DNA of 64,000 nucleotides from Paraspadella gotoi (GCA_051294375.1 CM119269.1:8939619-9003618), one strand, 5' to 3'; positions 1 to 11,960 are shown, counted from the stretch's first letter. Notes: generated by a model from the sequence alone, not told the origin. Numbers and translations: made by a program.

Positions 1-1
1 C

Positions 2-180
2 TCTATGGGCGGCGACCACGACGCCACCAAAGTGGTGACGATGCCCAACATCCTTCGGACGCACGTGGACGATCTCGTTGGCCACAGCACCGGGAGAGGA
101 AAGAAGGGGAGCACGGAGGCCAGGCNNNNNNNNNNNNNNNNNNNNNNNNNCTCCCTCTCCACAGCCTCACCAACACCTGA
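2..180 (+). CDS. 3' end of a spliced protein-coding gene (partial, product unknown)
   Basis: The frame SMGGDHDATKVVTMPNILRTHVDDLVGHSTGRGKKGSTEA has GC-rich third positions and ends at AG (122-123) just before an N gap, so the donor is not clearly visible. A pyrimidine tract plus CAG acceptor at 151-164 gives a last exon 165-180 (S-L-T-N-T-stop) in the matching phase; AATAAA follows near 279. Confidence 0.5.
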   Translation, partial: YGRRPRRHQSGDDAQHPSDARGRSRWPQHRERKEGEHGGQXXXXXXXXXLPLHSLTNT

Positions 181-692
181 CCATTGCCCTTTCCCTCGCC
201 CCCTGCTCTTCTTCCACAACTCTGACTTTTATTATATTCTTCATAATTTATTCTTTATTATTCTTCCGACAAATCAAAAATAAAATATAATCTTTGATTT
301 ATAAATTCCCAAATCAATCGTCGGATGCGAAATGAACTCAGCGAACCCGTGAACTCACGAGAATGAAGAGGGGGGGCGTCGCCGGACTTTGCGAATCACG
401 ATTTTCGGAATCACCATGACGACGAAGATTGCGAAAATATTTTCTTTTTTTCGGTGACAATCTCTTTTTAAATTTCGAGTATCAAATTGGTACGTGAGTT
501 GATTTATTTTTATTATCTCGTGGACTTTGCGATCGCTCATCGGATGTTTTTCTTCTTTGAAAAAGTGTCAGTTTATTATTTTTAAATATCTATGGAAACT
601 TTAATCTTTCAACTATTTTTTAAAACTAATAAATTGTTATTTTTTTTTAGCATCAAGAATAACGCAATGCCGTATATTTTAGTTATTTGTCT

Positions 693-843
693 TAGGAAAA
701 AGTTTAAATTGTGATTCGGCAACGAATTTATTTAATAATAATAAACGGACATGTTTCGGTTCGGTTTACGAACCTTCTTCAGCGCAGTTAATTATTATCA
801 TTAAATAAATTCGTTGCCGAATCACAATTTAAACTTTTTCCTA
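693..843. mobile_element. MITE-like foldback element
   Basis: 52-bp inverted arms at 693-744 and 792-843 (1 mismatch) around a 47-bp spacer; the element starts and ends with TA, compatible with a Tc1/mariner-type TA target duplication. Confidence 0.6.
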
Positions 844-1477
844 TGTCCCAAACGAAACGAAAAGAAAGGAAATTATAACAGTTATTTGTCTATACTAAAT
901 CGTAATATATCTGGGAGTGAATAAACTAGGCTGTGAGAGAGTTTTTTCACAGTCAGGGGCAAGATAGCTCATTTATTAAATGAATGATTAATTTGTATAT
1001 TGGTTGTACCAATTTCATTTCATAAAACGGTACACCGTTGTTCATCTGTTACCCTAAGTCTAAGAAAGTTTACTGCTGCCATCTCGGGGGAGAAAAAAAG
1101 TTTCGCTAATCCGGACCGGTTTTTTTTCGGTCACGCAATCTTGATTGACTCTGCTGATCGATTCTGCGTCAGAAATTTCAGCTCATAATTATATGATTGT
1201 CGAATCAACCTATTTACTGAATAAACAAATTAACATTTGAGAAAAGTTATCCCATTCACTCAAAACTGATGTAAGTTTTTCATCCGATTTTTTTTAAAAT
1301 TGAAAAAGCAAATAAATTTTCGTTGGAAGCGAAATTTGCCTCGCGCCCGAAGCTGAAACAAGTAAGGAATTAAAATAATGAGAATGAGAAAAAAGATAAG
1401 TACAATATGAATAAAGAAAAGAGCAAAAGGATCGCATTTTAAAATCATTATTCAATTTTCAAACCTTTAGGCATAAA

Positions 1478-2330
1478 ATGAAGACGACAATGACGACGAC
1501 GATGACGACGACAAGGAACGCTCTTGGAATCATGATTTCGTTCTTACCTCTCGTCATGGCCTCCGGCGGATCTAGTAAGTTAAATTGAATTTTTTTATAA
1601 TTAATTTAGAGCATAATAAAATTGATAAAAAAAATTAAATTAACGTCCATCCAGAATTCGACGGGAAATCCTTCGTGGGCGGAATGCTCTGTTGTTTAAT
1701 TGTCACTTTTATTGGTTTCGTTATTCGCCGTGTCTGGCGAACAACGTGTTCCGGAATTCCCTTCACCTTTTGTCCACAGGTGAACAAATACAGTGTTTAG
1801 TATATTACAATCTCAAAATACAAAACCTACTGGAAATTTACACATCGCGCGAGAAAAACTTTTCACGCCAAACTTTGCGTAGATCTTTGATGGGATTTTC
1901 GAGGTTGGAATAATAATACTAATAAAGTGTCCGATGCAAGGAAAGGCTAACGATCGCCTTTCCGAACGAATTCGCACACCTCGCTTCCCACAGGGAGGCT
2001 TGTTACTGGTTGCTCTCGGTGGGTTAATAACAAGCCCGTTATACTGAAATTGCCGTTGCAACTGGGGCTATGTAAATTGTATCGTATTGTATAACCCGGG
2101 ACTTTTGAGTTTAGAGATAAAGCGACAGCCCTTTGCACGTTTCCAACTTCATACCATATTACTAAAATAATTGACTTAAGATTTTAAAGCTCTACTTATC
2201 GCATCATCGTTTGATATAACTTATATACAATTGTATACATAAATTCAACTTCTTTTTTAATCAACAGGAGTACGAAGATGATATGCAGTACCTTCGCACC
2301 TTTGGTCGACCAGGAACCGGGATTCAATGA
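1478..2330 (+). CDS. Small single-pass membrane protein, CD164/porimin (TMEM123)-like, 94 aa, 3 coding exons (1478-1574, 1655-1779, 2268-2330)
   Basis: Canonical GT-AG introns in consistent phases (1, 0). Translation: MKTTMTTTMTTTRNALGIMISFLPLVMASGGSKFDGKSFVGGMLCCLIVTFIGFVIRRVWRTTCSGIPFTFCPQEYEDDMQYLRTFGRPGTGIQ. FDGKSFVGGM followed by a hydrophobic helix matches the FDxxSFIGGI juxtamembrane motif of the CD164 family. Probable 5'UTR intron 1362-1470; AATAAA near 2349. Confidence 0.7.
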
Positions 2331-3420
2331 TTTTCCTCTCAAATCTCAAATAAAAATCGTTTTCACTTTCTCATCGGTTTATTGTAACTCTTGTAGCGTT
2401 AGAATACAACTCCAAATGAACTCATTAACTTTTTTGAACTTTTTTTCCCCTTTTTCGATAAAGAATTAATCCCTTTACGCTTTACCTTGATTTATTGCGT
2501 GAAACAGGTGGATATTCCCATTGAGGGCAAAGAATAAAATTAGGGTTATTTTTGAATAAAATTGAGCGGGTAAATATTTTTCCTAACCTAGTTTATAAAT
2601 GAAACAAAAAATATTTAAAAAAAATATTTAACATTTTAATTGATAAAATATAAAGAGTAATATTGCCTTATGATACAAAAAGATAAATTTCCTATCAAAA
2701 CAAAGTTGTACATAGGTTGAGGATATTTTTAAAGTTATCTGCATCTGAGTAGAATAAAAACAAGGAATGGTTATTCCAAGGTGTTGCGCCGCATNNNNNN
2801 NNNNNNNNNNNNNNNNNNNAAAGCCACTCAATCTAAGTGTTAAATGAAACCTAAACTTTGACCATATTTCAAAATACTTAAAAATACTTAAAAATATTTA
2901 AAATATAAATATAAATACTTAAAAATACTAATGCAAACTCGCGGTAGAATAAATAAAAAAAAAAAGTCAGCTGTAAAGTTTTTGTCAATACTTTTATGAT
3001 TTATATTTTTTATAATAGATAACTATGTTAAGTTTGTTTTAATTATTAGCATCTGTTGTTTTTTTAGTTTTTATTGTTTCCTTAAATTAACGAACGCGAC
3101 ATTGAATAGGACGACAAAACGACAACGACGACGCCAACGATGTCGTCGTCGTCTTAAGTAAACAAAGACCAACTTGAATTCGTCAACAACACAAAAAAAC
3201 AGGAGACCTAAAAGAAAGGCGGAAAAAAAGGAGAGAAAAAAAGGAAAGGTGTGATATGAAATGTCAACCAAAGGAGAACAAGAGTCTCTAATCTGAAAGA
3301 CACTTGCGAAAATCAAAGACAGGAGGAGGAGGAGGAGAGGAGGGGCTGAGGAAATAAAGTACAAAGGGTTAAAGCAAAGGGGTGAAAAGGAACATCCCGG
3401 CTGCCGAGGAGAGAAAGAAA

Positions 3421-3503
<83 letters not shown>

Positions 3504-3969
3504 GGAGAGATGGCAGAATCCACAAATATTGTCTGAGTTTAATCAAACGATCTTCGTTTTCCTTTCAATTGAAACCCTGCCCTCTCTCGACCACCAGCGG
3601 GATGGGAGGGACAAGGTGGAAAGAAGGAAAGAAAGAAAGAAAAGTAAAAAGAAAGAATAGATAGAAAAAGAATGAAAGAAAGAAAGAAAAAAAAATACAG
3701 TTAAAGTGAAAAAAGGGGACAAAAAAAAAAGAGCCACCAACTCCACAAAAAAACCCCGATTTCATTATTCCATTCAAATGAAAACTTCATAACTTCTTCG
3801 ATCCTCAACTCATTTTTTCTCTCAATCTCACCCCCTCCCTCTCCCCCTCTTTTTTTCACCTCCCAAAATTAAAGAATCCCCCTTTTCAATTGCCTCTCAC
3901 ATTTAAATAATTTCTCTCTTTTTTTTATGAAAGGATAAAAATCGAATCGTTTTCAAAATTTTGTTTTTT

Positions 3970-4100
3970 TTTTTTAGTTGTGCGCGAGTACTCGCAGAGC
4001 AACACTATAAGTCGCTTTTCGGGTCGGTCTGTCGGTCGGTCGGTCCGCCGGTTTGTCGGTATGTATGTCCATCGGTCTGTCCCACTTATTGTTAAAAAAT
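3970..4100 (+). mobile_element. Short non-autonomous Helentron/DINE-1-like (HINE) repeat
   Basis: T-run, then AGTTG..CGAGTACTCG..CAAC hairpin and (GGTC/GTCG)n tetranucleotide array; same family as 7013-7185 and 11835-11960; mirrored at ~10060-10185. Confidence 0.5.
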
Positions 4101-4968
4101 GCATATAATTTGCCTTTTATTTTTTTAGTCATTTCATGTCAAGTCATATCATGTGATCAAAAGGGAAATACACGTAATACAACGTCAGTTTAATTAAATT
4201 ACTTCGCAGGCTACTCAAGTATTAGAAAATGATTCTTGTGGATGTCTTTTGTACGTTGAACTACAGTCATGTGATTACAAATTAAATGCGGAATAACTCG
4301 TTTAATATTGGGTCTTGTTAGTTAAAACTTCACAGATAATTGATCAACCATAGGAAGTTTGTTACACATAAAATTCCTAATTATGTATTACCCAGAAAAC
4401 ACAAACTGCGGCGCAACACATTGAAATTACTGTTGTTTTTTTTTTTTTTTTAATTTGGCCGGTGTAATAATAGAAAACTTTTTTATATTGAATTAGTTGC
4501 TCATGAATTACTCAATCAATTTTTTCACGAGTTCCTTATATTTTGTGGGCAGGAATGGCCCGCCTCCCCCAAAAAACTAATGAAAAAAAAAAAAAATATG
4601 TTGAAAAAAAAACGCTCGATTAACAATAGACTGCCGGCAACCTCTTTTAAATTTTTTGGTGTAAAGCCAATAAAACGAAAGTAATAATTCAAATTTCGAG
4701 AAAAAAAATATCTAAAAGAGAAAAAAAGATGTGGAAAAAAAAAAAGAATAAAAAGGCGGAGGCCATCGAAATCGAAAGAAAATGTTTGGATTCAAGTTTT
4801 AAAAAATGAATCATGTAACAAAGTATTTTCAAAAGAAAAGGTTACAACCCTCGCGGTTTAGCGCCTTTATTTATTTCTCAGGATTATCTTTTTTTGGTGA
4901 AAAAAAAAACTTATTCAGTGAGACATTCAATGGAATTTTCGGGACTCCCAAATTCTGAATAAGGAATT

Positions 4969-5032
<64 letters not shown>

Positions 5033-5840
5033 TCGATTTCTTTTCATCTCCGTATTTTTTTTCTCCGCCCGTCGAACTACGATCGTCACTCGATCCAAAA
5101 ACTGAAAAAAGGTTTTCCTGCCCCAAAATTTTCATAGTTTTTCATTTTCTCCCCCCCCCCCCTTCTCCCCTCCTTATTTCCACTTTTATTCTTCATTGGT
5201 TCCAAATTCAGTCACGAAAATGATATTATTTGCTTCTATCACTTAAATTAATTTTTCATAACCTAAATAAAAGTTAATCGCATTTTTAGCTTTGTGTGTT
5301 AAATTAATTATTTGGAGAACAAAGCATTAATAAAGAAATTCAAAAGACCTCACTATGTACGTAAAATGTAAGTTGTGCTTTAGACTTTTGTTTTTTCACA
5401 ATTTGTTTCTCCTGAGTTGCGAAGCTCCTTCCGTCCTCTACTGGATATTTTTTTTTTTAAATTTTACAAATGAACAGTTCGTTAATCTCTTCGCTATAGT
5501 TAGCCTACAAATATCTATATCTAAAAAAATTAAAAAAATAAACCTCGATACATTCTCTTTTAAAACATTGGACATTTTTTTTTACTTTTCATTCTATTTT
5601 TTTTCTTACCAAAAAAAACAAAATCTATTGGAAGAGCTAAGTGAATAGATATATAATACTATCTTTAATATTATTAATAAGTATATACGTGGGCTTTCGG
5701 AAGAAATAATAATAAGAATAATAATACGACAATCCTAATTTTAAAACATAATTTTGTATTTCAATTTTTTTAACGTCTCTACATCTTACAAAGCTTACAA
5801 CAAAAAATACCACAAAAACGAAAAAGTTTTTTTCGTAGCC

Positions 5841-6080
5841 TCATCCCCCTTTTCTGCCTACCACGCCCCAACAGTAATCCACATCGGGATAACCACAGTC
5901 TTGGCCGTGGAGAGAGATGAGAAAGCAGAGGCTTTTTCACTTTCTCGTCCAACCACTTGACGAGGTGTTCGAGAGAGGGATTCTGGACGAGCCTCTCCCT
6001 CACAGCGTAGAGGGCTTTGGTGAACCCGGCCACAGCCTGTGGAGAAGGGATAGTGGTTATGGGTGGGAGATAGATAGAAT

Positions 6081-6121
<41 letters not shown>

Positions 6122-6269
6122 GATAGATAGATAGATAGAATAGATAGATAGATAGAAAGATAGATAGATAGATAGTAGATAGAAGATAGATAGATAGATA
6201 GATAAGAAAGAAAAGAAAGAAAAGAAAGAAAGAAAGAAAGAAAAAAGAAAGAAAGAAAGTAAGTAAGAG

Positions 6270-6324
<55 letters not shown>

Positions 6325-6420
6325 AGAGAAAGAAGAGAAATATAGATAGATAGAGAGAGAGGTGAGAGAGAGAGAGAGAAAGAGAGAGAGAGAAAGAGAG
6401 AGAAAGAGAGAGAAAGAGAA

Positions 6421-6488
<68 letters not shown>

Positions 6489-6824
6489 CGAGAGAGAGAC
6501 AGACAGACAGACAGACACAGAGAGAGAGAGAGAGAGAGAGATTCCTCACCTTAAAGAACAATTTCTCCGTCATTCCAGCGACCCCCAGATTCTTCATCGC
6601 TCTTTCGAACTCCTCCACGGCGTGATGAAGTCCGGGGAGTTTGGCTTCAGCGTCGTCGACGACCTTGTTGACGATTCTGTGGATGAAGTGGACGATCCCC
6701 TCCGCCACGTGGTGGAAGTCGAAGAGGAGCTCCTCTTGTGGAGCGGCTTGGTGGAGCGACTCGTCCGCTGCGAGCCGCGATGGTGACGCAGATCCAGGGA
6801 CAAGAGGAGCAACGGAAATTTCAT
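5841..6824 (-). pseudogene. Inverted copy of the 7741-8314 secreted-protein gene with frameshifting single-base insertions (probably sequencing error)
   Basis: Exons 6550-6824 and 5841-6036 have the same splice sites as the + copy; four extra single bases (G, G, A, T) break the frame. Confidence 0.6.
6068..6540. repeat. Compound microsatellite (AGAT)n-(AAAG)n-(AG)n filling the intron
   Basis: Seen directly; the mirrored intron (8014-8137) is collapsed around an N gap. Confidence 0.95.
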
Positions 6825-7012
6825 GGTTGGAGTTGGGTTTTTTTATGTGGTCGTTTTAAAATTTATGGGTTTTTTAGGTTTTTCGGGTTATTTAAATCGA
6901 ACTTATAACGATAAAAATTACTAAGGTTTTATTCGAAAATCTTATCTGTCTGATTTCGAGGTTGTGAATATTTTAAGTTGGATCTAGCTAGACAGATTTT
7001 ATAGTACAATTT

Positions 7013-7185
7013 TCTTTTTTAGTTGCGTCGCGAGTACTCGCGGAGCAACTCTATAAGACACTTTTCGTGTCGGTCGGTCGGTCGGTACGTCGGTCCGTCG
7101 GTATGTCTGTCCGTCGGTCATTAGTTTGTTGCTCATTTGTTAAAAATCAAATCTAAGCGACTACTGGGCGCCACCTCTTGTTTTT
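7013..7185 (+). mobile_element. Short HINE/DINE-1-like repeat (mirrored at ~7383-7555)
   Basis: TTTTTAGTTGCGTCGCGAGTACTCGCGGAGCAACT hairpin, (GGTC)n array, ending in a T-run; insertion in T-runs plus GTCY-type microsatellite is typical of Helentron-associated elements. Confidence 0.55.
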
Positions 7186-7740
7186 AATGATAAATAATTA
7201 AAAAATTTAATAATAATAATAAAATCGTTGTAACAATTCAAAATTCTTTGTAAATCTCTATAAAACAACGAAAAGAAAGGATATACTATGGATAATGATA
7301 AGTAAAAAAGAAAAGTACAAAGAATTTTGAATTGTTACAACGATTTTATTATTATTATTAAATTTTTTAATTATTTATCATTAAAAACAAGAGGTGGCGC
7401 CAGTAGTCGCTTAGATTTGATTTTTAACAAATGAGCAACAAACTAATGACCGACGGACAGACATACCGACGGACCGACGTACCGACCGACCGACCGACAC
7501 GAAAAGTGTCTTATAGAGTTGCTCCGCGAGTACTCGCGACGCAACTAAAAAAGAAAATTGTACTATAAATCTGTCTAGCTAGATCCAACTTAAAATATTC
7601 ACAACCTCGAAATCAGACAGATAAGATTTTCGAATAAAACCTTAGTAATTTTTATCGTATAAGTTCGATTATAAATAACCCGAAAAACCTAAAAACCCAT
7701 AAATTTTAAAACGACCACATAAAAAAACCCAACTCCAACC

Positions 7741-8314
7741 ATGAAATTTCCGTTGCTCCTCTTGTCCCTGATCTGCGTCACCATCGCGGCTCCAGCGGAC
7801 GAGTCGCTCCACCAAGCCGCTCCACAAGAGGAGCTCCTCTTCGACTTCCACCACGTGGCGGAGGGGATCGTCCACTTCATCCACAGAATCGTCAACAAGG
7901 TCGTCGACGACGCTGAAGCCAAACTCCCCGGACTTCATCACGCCGTGGAGGAGTTCGAAAGAGCGATGAAGAATCTGGGGGTCGCTGGAATGACGGAGAA
8001 ATTGTTCTTTAAGGTGAGGAACTCTCTCTCTCTCTCTCTCTCNNNNNNNNNNNNNNNNNNNNNNNNTCTATCTATCTATCTATCTATCTATCTAATCTAT
8101 CTATCTCCCACCCATAACCACTATCCCTTCTCCACAGGCTGTGGCCGGGTTCACCAAAGCCCTCTACGCTGTGAGGGAGAGGCTCGTCCAGAATCCCTCT
8201 CTCGAACACCTCGTCAAGTGGTTGGACGAGAAAGTGAAAAGCCTCTGCTTTCTCATCTCTCTCCACGGCCAAGACTGTGGTTATCCCGATGTGGATACTG
8301 TTGGGGCGTGGTAG
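7741..8314 (+). CDS. Secreted His-rich amphipathic helical protein, ~149 aa, 2 exons (7741-8013, 8138-8314), function unknown
   Basis: ACCATG start context, signal peptide MKFPLLLLSLICVTIA, phase-0 GT-AG intron (AAG|gtgagg...ccacag|GCT), GC3-rich codons. Exon 2 reads AVAGFTKALYAVRERLVQNPSLEHLVKWLDEKVKSLCFLISLHGQDCGYPDVDTVGAW*. If the extra T of the mirror copy is real, the C-terminus is instead YCWGVVGRKGG* ending at 8331. Confidence 0.8.
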
Positions 8315-9135
8315 GCAGAAAAGGGGGATGAGGCTACGAAAAAAAACTTTTTCGTTTTTGTGGGTATTTTTTGTTGTAAGCTTTGTAAGATGTAGAGACG
8401 TTAAAAAAAATTGAAATACAAAATTATGTTTTAAAATTAGGATTGTCGTATTATTATTCTTATTATTATTTCTTCCGAAAGCCCACGTATATACTTATTA
8501 ATAATATTAAAGATAGTATTATATATTCTATTCACTTAGCTCTTCCAATAGATTTTGTTTTTTTGGTAAGAAAAAAAAATAGAATGAAAAGTAAAAAAAA
8601 TGTCCAATGTTTTAAAAGAGAATGTATCGAGGTTTATTTTTTTAATTTTTTTAGATATAGATATTTGTAGGCTAACTATAGCGAAGAGATTAACGAACTG
8701 TTCATTTGTAAAATTTAAAAAAAAAATATCCAGTAGAGGACGGAAGGAGCTTCGCAACTCAGGAGAACAAATTGTGAAAAAACAAAAGTCTAAAGCACAA
8801 CTTACATTTTACGTACATAGTGAGGTCTTTTGAATTTCTTTATTAATGCTTTGTTCTCCAAATAATTAATTTAACACACAAAGCTAAAAATGCGATTAAC
8901 TTTTATTTAGGTTATGAAAAATTAATTTAAGTGATAGAAGCAAATAATATCATTTTCGTGACTGAATTTGGAACCAATGAAGAATAAAAGTGGAAATAAG
9001 GAGGGGAGAAGGGGGGGGGGAGAAAATGAAAAACTATGAAAATTTTGGGGCAGGAAAACCTTTTTTCAGTTTTTGGATCGAGTGACGATCGTAGTTCGAC
9101 GGGCGGAGAAAAAAAATACGGAGATGAAAAGAAAT

Positions 9136-9189
<54 letters not shown>

Positions 9190-11834
9190 AATTCCTTATT
9201 CAGAATTTGGGAGTCCCGAAAATTCCATTGAATGTCTCACTGAATAAGTTTTTTTTTTCACCAAAAAAAGATAATCCTGAGAAATAAATGAAGCGCTAAA
9301 CCGCGAGGGGTTGTAACCTTTTCTTTTGAAATACTTTGTTACATGATTCATTTTTTAAACTTGAATCCAAACATTTTCTTTCGATTTCGATGGCCTCCGC
9401 CTTTTTATTCTTTTTTTTTTTCCACATCTTTTTTTTCTCTTTTAGATATTTTTTTTTCTCGGAAATTTGAATTATTACTTTCGTTTTATTGCTTTACACC
9501 AAAAAATTTAAAGAGGTTGCCGGCAGTCTATTGTTAATCGAGCGTTTTTTTTCAACATATTTTTTGTTTTTTTTCATTAGTTTTTTTGGGGGGAGGCGGG
9601 CCATTCCTGCCCAAAATATAAGGAACTCGTGAAAAAATTGATTGAGTAATTCATGAGCAACTAATTCAATATAAAAAAGTTTTCTATTATTACCCGGCCA
9701 AATTAAAAAAAAAAAAAAAAACAACAGTAATTTCAATGTGTTGCGCCGCAGTTTGTGTATTTCTGGGTAATACATAATTAGGAATTTTATGTGTAACAAA
9801 CTTCCTATGGTTGATCAATTATCTGTGAAGTTTTAACTAACAAGACCCAATATTAAACGAGTTATTCCGCATTTAATTTGTAATCACATGACTGTAGTTC
9901 AACGTACAAAAGACATCCACAAGAATCATTTTCTAATACTTGAGTAGCCTGCGAAGTATTAATTAAACTGACGTGTATTACGTGTATTTCCCTTTGATCA
10001 CATGATATGACTTGACATGAAATGACTAAAAAAATAAAAGGCAAATTATATGCATTTTTAACATAAGTGGGACAGACCGATGGACATACATACCGACAAA
10101 CCGGCGGACCGACCGACCGACAGACCGACCGAAAAGCGACTTATAGTGTTGCTCTGCGAGTACTCGCGGCACAACTAAAAAAAACAAAATTTGAAAACGA
10201 TTCGATTTTTATCCTTTCATAAAAAAAAGAGAGAAATTATTTAAATGTGAGAGGCAATTGAAAAGGGGGATTCAATTTTGGGAGGTGAAAAAAAGAGGGG
10301 GAGAGGGAGGGGGTGAGATTGAGAGAAAAAATGAGTTGAGGATCGAAGAAGTTATGAAGTTTTCATTTGAATGGAATAATGAAATCGGGGTTTTTTTGTG
10401 GAGTTGGTGGCTCTTTTTTTTTTGTCCCCTTTTTTCACTTTAACTGTATTTTTTTTTCTTTCTTTCTTTCATTCTTTTTTCTATTATTCTTTCTTTTTAC
10501 TTTTCTTTCTTTCTTTCCTTCTTTCCACCTTGTCCCTCCCATCCCGCTGGTGGTCGAGAGAGGGCAGGGTTTCAATTGAAAGGAAAACGAAGATCGTTTG
10601 ATTAAACTCAGACAATATTTGTGGATTCTGCCNNNNNNNNNNNNNNNNNNNNNNNNNNNNNNNNNNNNNNNNNNNNNNNNNNNNNNNNNNNNNNNNNNNN
10701 NNNNNNNNNNNNNNNNNNNNNNNNNNNNNNNNNNNNNNNNNNNNNNNNNNNNNNNNNNNNNNNNNNNNNNNNNNNNNNNNTTTATTTCCTCAGCCCCTTC
10801 TCCTCCTCCTCCTGTCTTTGATTTTCGCAAGTGTCTTTCAGATTAGAGACTCTTGTTCTCCTTTGGTTGACATTTCATATCACACCTTTCCTTTTTTTCT
10901 CTCCTTTTTTTTCCGCCTTTCTTTTAGGTCCTCCTGTTTTTTTGTGTTGTTGACGAATTCAGTTGGTCTTTGTTTACTTAAGACGACGACGACATCGTTG
11001 GCGTCGTCGTTGTCGTTGTTGTCGTCCTATTCAATGTCGCGTTCGTTAATTTAAGGAAACAATAAAAACTAAAAAAACAACAGATGCTAATAATTAAAAC
11101 AAACTTAACAATAGTTATCTATTATAAAAAATATAAATCATAAAAGTATTGACAAAAACTTTACAGCTGACTTTTTTTTTTTATTTATTCTACCGCGAGT
11201 TTGCATTAGTAAATTTTTAAGTATTTTTAAGTATTTATATTTATATTTTTAAATATTTTTAAGTATTTTTAAGTATTTTGAAATATGGTCAAAGTTTAGG
11301 TTTCATTTAACACTTAGATTGAGTGGCTTTGAACACCATTAAAAATATCCTTTTCAAAAAATTAACGGATGCTAATAATTAAAACAAACTTAAAACAGAG
11401 TTAGCTTCATGTTACTCGATGTTACTTTATAACCAAAAAAAAGAAAAACTCAAAAAACCTGGAAAATTTGGCGAATCAATTGTCGCCAAAGAAGATTTCC
11501 AAAGGACCTCTCCTCCTCCTCCTCCTCCTCCTCCTCCTCCTCATCCTTCACCCAGACGAGACCGACGCCCAAACAACCGAGAAAAATAAACATTAAAACA
11601 GAAGAACAAAGTGAAAACGCGAAAAGAGGACATACGGTAAGAAGACAAGAGATAAGTGAAACATAAGACTTTTTGGCACTATTTTCCGAGAGCGCCCTAT
11701 TTGGATTCTTAAACTTAATTATAACTCTTGCTCTAACTTTTTTTTAAATTTTAATCCAATCCTTTAACCTTGTCCGTAACCCTAACCTAATCTTTAATAC
11801 TAACTTAATCCCAAAGTTAGATCTCTAACCTTAT

Positions 11835-11960
11835 TTTTAGTTGCGCCATGAGCACTCGCAAAAAAACTCAATAAATCACTTTTTAGTTGGTCGGTTGGTC
11901 TGTCAGTTGGTTGGTATCTGTCCGTCTGTCTATTGATCTAATCTACTTACATTAAAAATG
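11835..11960 (+). mobile_element. Diverged copy of the HINE-like repeat
   Basis: TTTTTAGTTGCG..GAGCACTCGC.. followed by a degenerate (GGTY)n array, similar to 7013-7140. Confidence 0.45.

Larger units (their letters stand above)
2820..11330. repeat. Large inverted repeat (arms ~2820-7252 and ~7316-11330, spacer ~63 bp)
   Basis: The arms are reverse complements throughout (e.g. AAGCCACTCAATCTAAGTG at 2821 vs CACTTAGATTGAGTGGCTT at 11311) and differ mainly by 1-bp indels and microsatellite length. The left arm starts at a 25-N gap. Confidence 0.95.
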
